Made by a program: the position numbers and the translations under genes. A stretch of 63,316 nt of DNA, the filler included, from Octopus bimaculoides (taxonomy: Eukaryota): the NCBI RefSeq assembly GCF_001194135.2. It is 6 parts of 6 records of this genome, joined end to end, with 100 filler letters (N's around TTAATTAATTAA, not from the genome) between each part and the next. Parts side by side here need not be neighbours in the genome. Positions count along the whole stretch, not along the records: positions 59,711 to 63,316 come from NC_068986.1; 5 more parts are not named here. One strand, given 5' to 3'. Below the pieces are notes generated by a model that saw nothing but the letters and a program-made list of their open reading frames with translations, was not told the origin of the DNA and ran no database searches. Positions within the stretch are counted from its first letter, which is position 1; each line of letters opens with the position of its first letter. Positions 60,735 to 63,316 of the stretch are shown here, piece after piece.

Positions 60735-61120
60735 GTATATGTATTTATATATACATGCATATATGCATGTATGTATACGTGTATGTAAATGTGTATATGT
60801 GTGTTTGTATGTATGATGTATGATTTTAAGTATACACACGCACGGGAAGCAACCTTATGGTGATATATTGCATATACACAGATATATTTTTGTATAGGTG
60901 TGTGTGTGTGTGTGTGTAATTAACAATATGCTAACAGATACAGTAGCACACTCACACACACACATATGCTCGACCGAACAACAACAACAACAACAACAAC
61001 AACAATAATAATAATAATAATAATAACAATAGCAACAAAATCAACAACAACAACAAGAATAATAAGAAGAAGAAGAGTAAGCAAAAAAAGAGGAAGAAGA
61101 AGAGGAGGTGGAGGAGGAGG

Positions 61121-61245
61121 AAGAAGAAGAAGAAGAAGAAGAAGAAGAAGAAGAAGAAGAAGAAGAAGAAGAAGAAGAAGAAGAAGAAGAAGAAGAAGAA
61201 GAAGAAGAAGAAGAAGAAGAAGAAGAAGAAGAAGAAGAAGAAGAA
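61121..61245. repeat. (GAA)n microsatellite
   Basis: Direct reading. Confidence 0.95.
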
Positions 61246-61380
61246 TTGGAAGAAGAAGAAGAAGAAGGAAGAAGAGGAAGGAGAATGACCAGTAGGATGA
61301 GGAGGAGAAATATATAAATAATCAATGAATAAATCAGACTTTATCAATCGCTTAATCTCCCGCAGTCTTGCAGTCCCCAA

Positions 61381-61419
<39 letters not shown>

Positions 61420-61487
61420 NNNNNNNNNNNNNNNNNNNNNNNNNNNNNNNNNNNNNNNNNNNNNNNNNNNNNNNNCATACACAAACA

Positions 61488-61521
<34 letters not shown>

Positions 61522-62761
61522 TATACAAAAAATACACAAAATACAACCAGTCACACATACAAGCACACGCACACACATAACCAGTCACATGTATACCAAT
61601 AGATATTTACTTACCTACCAGCTAACCGACCAAGCAATCAACCAGCCAGCCAGCCAGCTAAACAGCCAACCAAACAATATGTCTTCATCTTTATCGTTCG
61701 TCATTCCACCATTCCACCCCCCGTCACACACACATAGATACCTATTTACCTTCTCACTGACTCACCTTCATTAAACGTAATCATTCTTCTTATTCCCCTA
61801 CACACAAAAAACACACATACACACACACACACACTCATTCACTCACTTTCTCGATCACTCAAACATCGAGACACCAATAATTTATTAAAGTAACTCTTGT
61901 TACTAAGAACTCTTATTGGTTCGGTTACACCACGGCCAAACACACCGCACCGAACCATTTCACATCATCAGATAGTGTCAGATGCTGAATGAAAAACGAT
62001 TTCTAATTAGAAAATCGTCTTCTTTCGACCTGTTACAAACTCCAATTGCCATTCATTGTTGACGTTTCGAGGCTTCCATAGAAATTAAGTTTTTTTTATT
62101 CCTTAACGAAAACAAAAACCACAATACAAATAGAAAGTTACAACATCTAATCAAACTGAAACTCGTTAAATATTCAAGAAATTTTCATTGTATTTCTTTC
62201 TTTCTTTCTTTCATGTCTTTCAGATTCTCATTNNNNNNNNNNNNNNNNNNNNNNNNNNNNNNNNNNNNNNNNNNNNNNNNNNNNNNNNNNNNNNNNNNNN
62301 NNNNNNNNNNNNNNNNNNNNNNNNNNNNNNNNNNNNNNNNNNNNNNNNNNNNNNNNNNNNNNNNNNNNNNNNNNNNNNNNNNNNNNNNNNNNNNNNNNNN
62401 NNNNNNNNNNNNNNNNNNNNNNNNNNNNNNNNNNNNNNNNNNNNNNNNNNNNNNNNNNNNNNNNNNNNNNNNNNNNNNNNNNNNNNNNNNNNNNNNNNNN
62501 NNNNNNNNNNNNNNNNNNNNNNNNNNNNNNNNNNNNNNNNNNNNNNNNNNNNNNNNNNNNNNNNNNNNNNNNNNNNNNNNNNNNNNNNNNNNNNNNNNNN
62601 NNNNNNNNNNNNNNNNNNNNNNNNNNNNNNNNNNNNNNNNNNNNNNNNNNNNNNNNNNNNNNNNNNNNNNNNNNNNNNNNNNNNNNNNNNNNNNNNNNNN
62701 NNNNNNNNNNNNNNNNNNNNNNNNNNNNNNNNNNNNNNNNNNNNNNNNNNNNNNNNNNNNN

Positions 62762-62815
<54 letters not shown>

Positions 62816-63211
62816 TCACACACACAAGCACGACGGATTTCGTCTACAAAATTCATTCATAAGGTTCTCTTTGGCTCATGCTATAATACAAAATTGTGTC
62901 GCTTAAAATGATGTGCAGTGGATTTGAACCACACAGCAGGTCATGTCTACTACTGTTTATTCAAATTATCTTCTTTGTAAACAAATCAGGATGGGAGTCT
63001 TCATTGCAGGATTTAGAGAGGCTTCAGATAATTTATATGTCTTATGACCAGAGTTTCACGCTGCAGCGATTTCCTGACGAGCACTGTTTCACCATGCGCA
63101 TTATATAAAACACCCTTTCTTTCCTTCCCTGAGCGTTTTATTGATACTTTGCATATACCACGTTCTCACATTGTTGCTTTTTTATTATCTTTTTTTCCGC
63201 TTATTTTATTA

Positions 63212-63252
<41 letters not shown>

Positions 63253-63316
63253 ACTTGGGGATGGTCATATTGCCAGTTTAGCCAATAAAAACACACGCAC
63301 TGTATATTTGGTGTTA

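Overview
Animal genomic DNA from a gapped draft assembly: AT-rich, saturated with (TA)n/(CA)n/(AAT)n/(GAA)n microsatellites, with many N runs. The SINE and LINE families point to a coleoid cephalopod, most likely Octopus (recognised from memory, not by search). There are no prokaryotic genes, rRNA or CRISPR, and most ORFs in the supplied track are microsatellite or N-run artefacts. Most of the window is decayed mobile DNA: a nearly full-length frameshifted RTE LINE; Penelope-like RT (Naiad-type) and GIY-YIG remnants; R4/Dong-type and RTE-X fragments; Merlin, piggyBac and Tc1/mariner remnants; about 20 tRNA-derived SINE copies or fragments; and several fold-back repeats. The best host-gene signal is missed by the ORF track because it is spliced. 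It is a + strand candidate cell-surface receptor with two paralogous 249-nt phase 1-1 exons encoding Ig-like domains that lack the canonical B/F-strand cysteines (33265-33513, 36093-36341), a 39-nt linker exon (34603-34641), and four tandem copies of a transmembrane + YxN-tail terminal exon (37870-38648). Other highlights are a tRNA-headed element carrying a hammerhead ribozyme (two copies), a minisatellite of 21-bp-phased STAT/kB-like sites, and an inverted variant-telomere array. All family calls come from motif recognition and need database confirmation.
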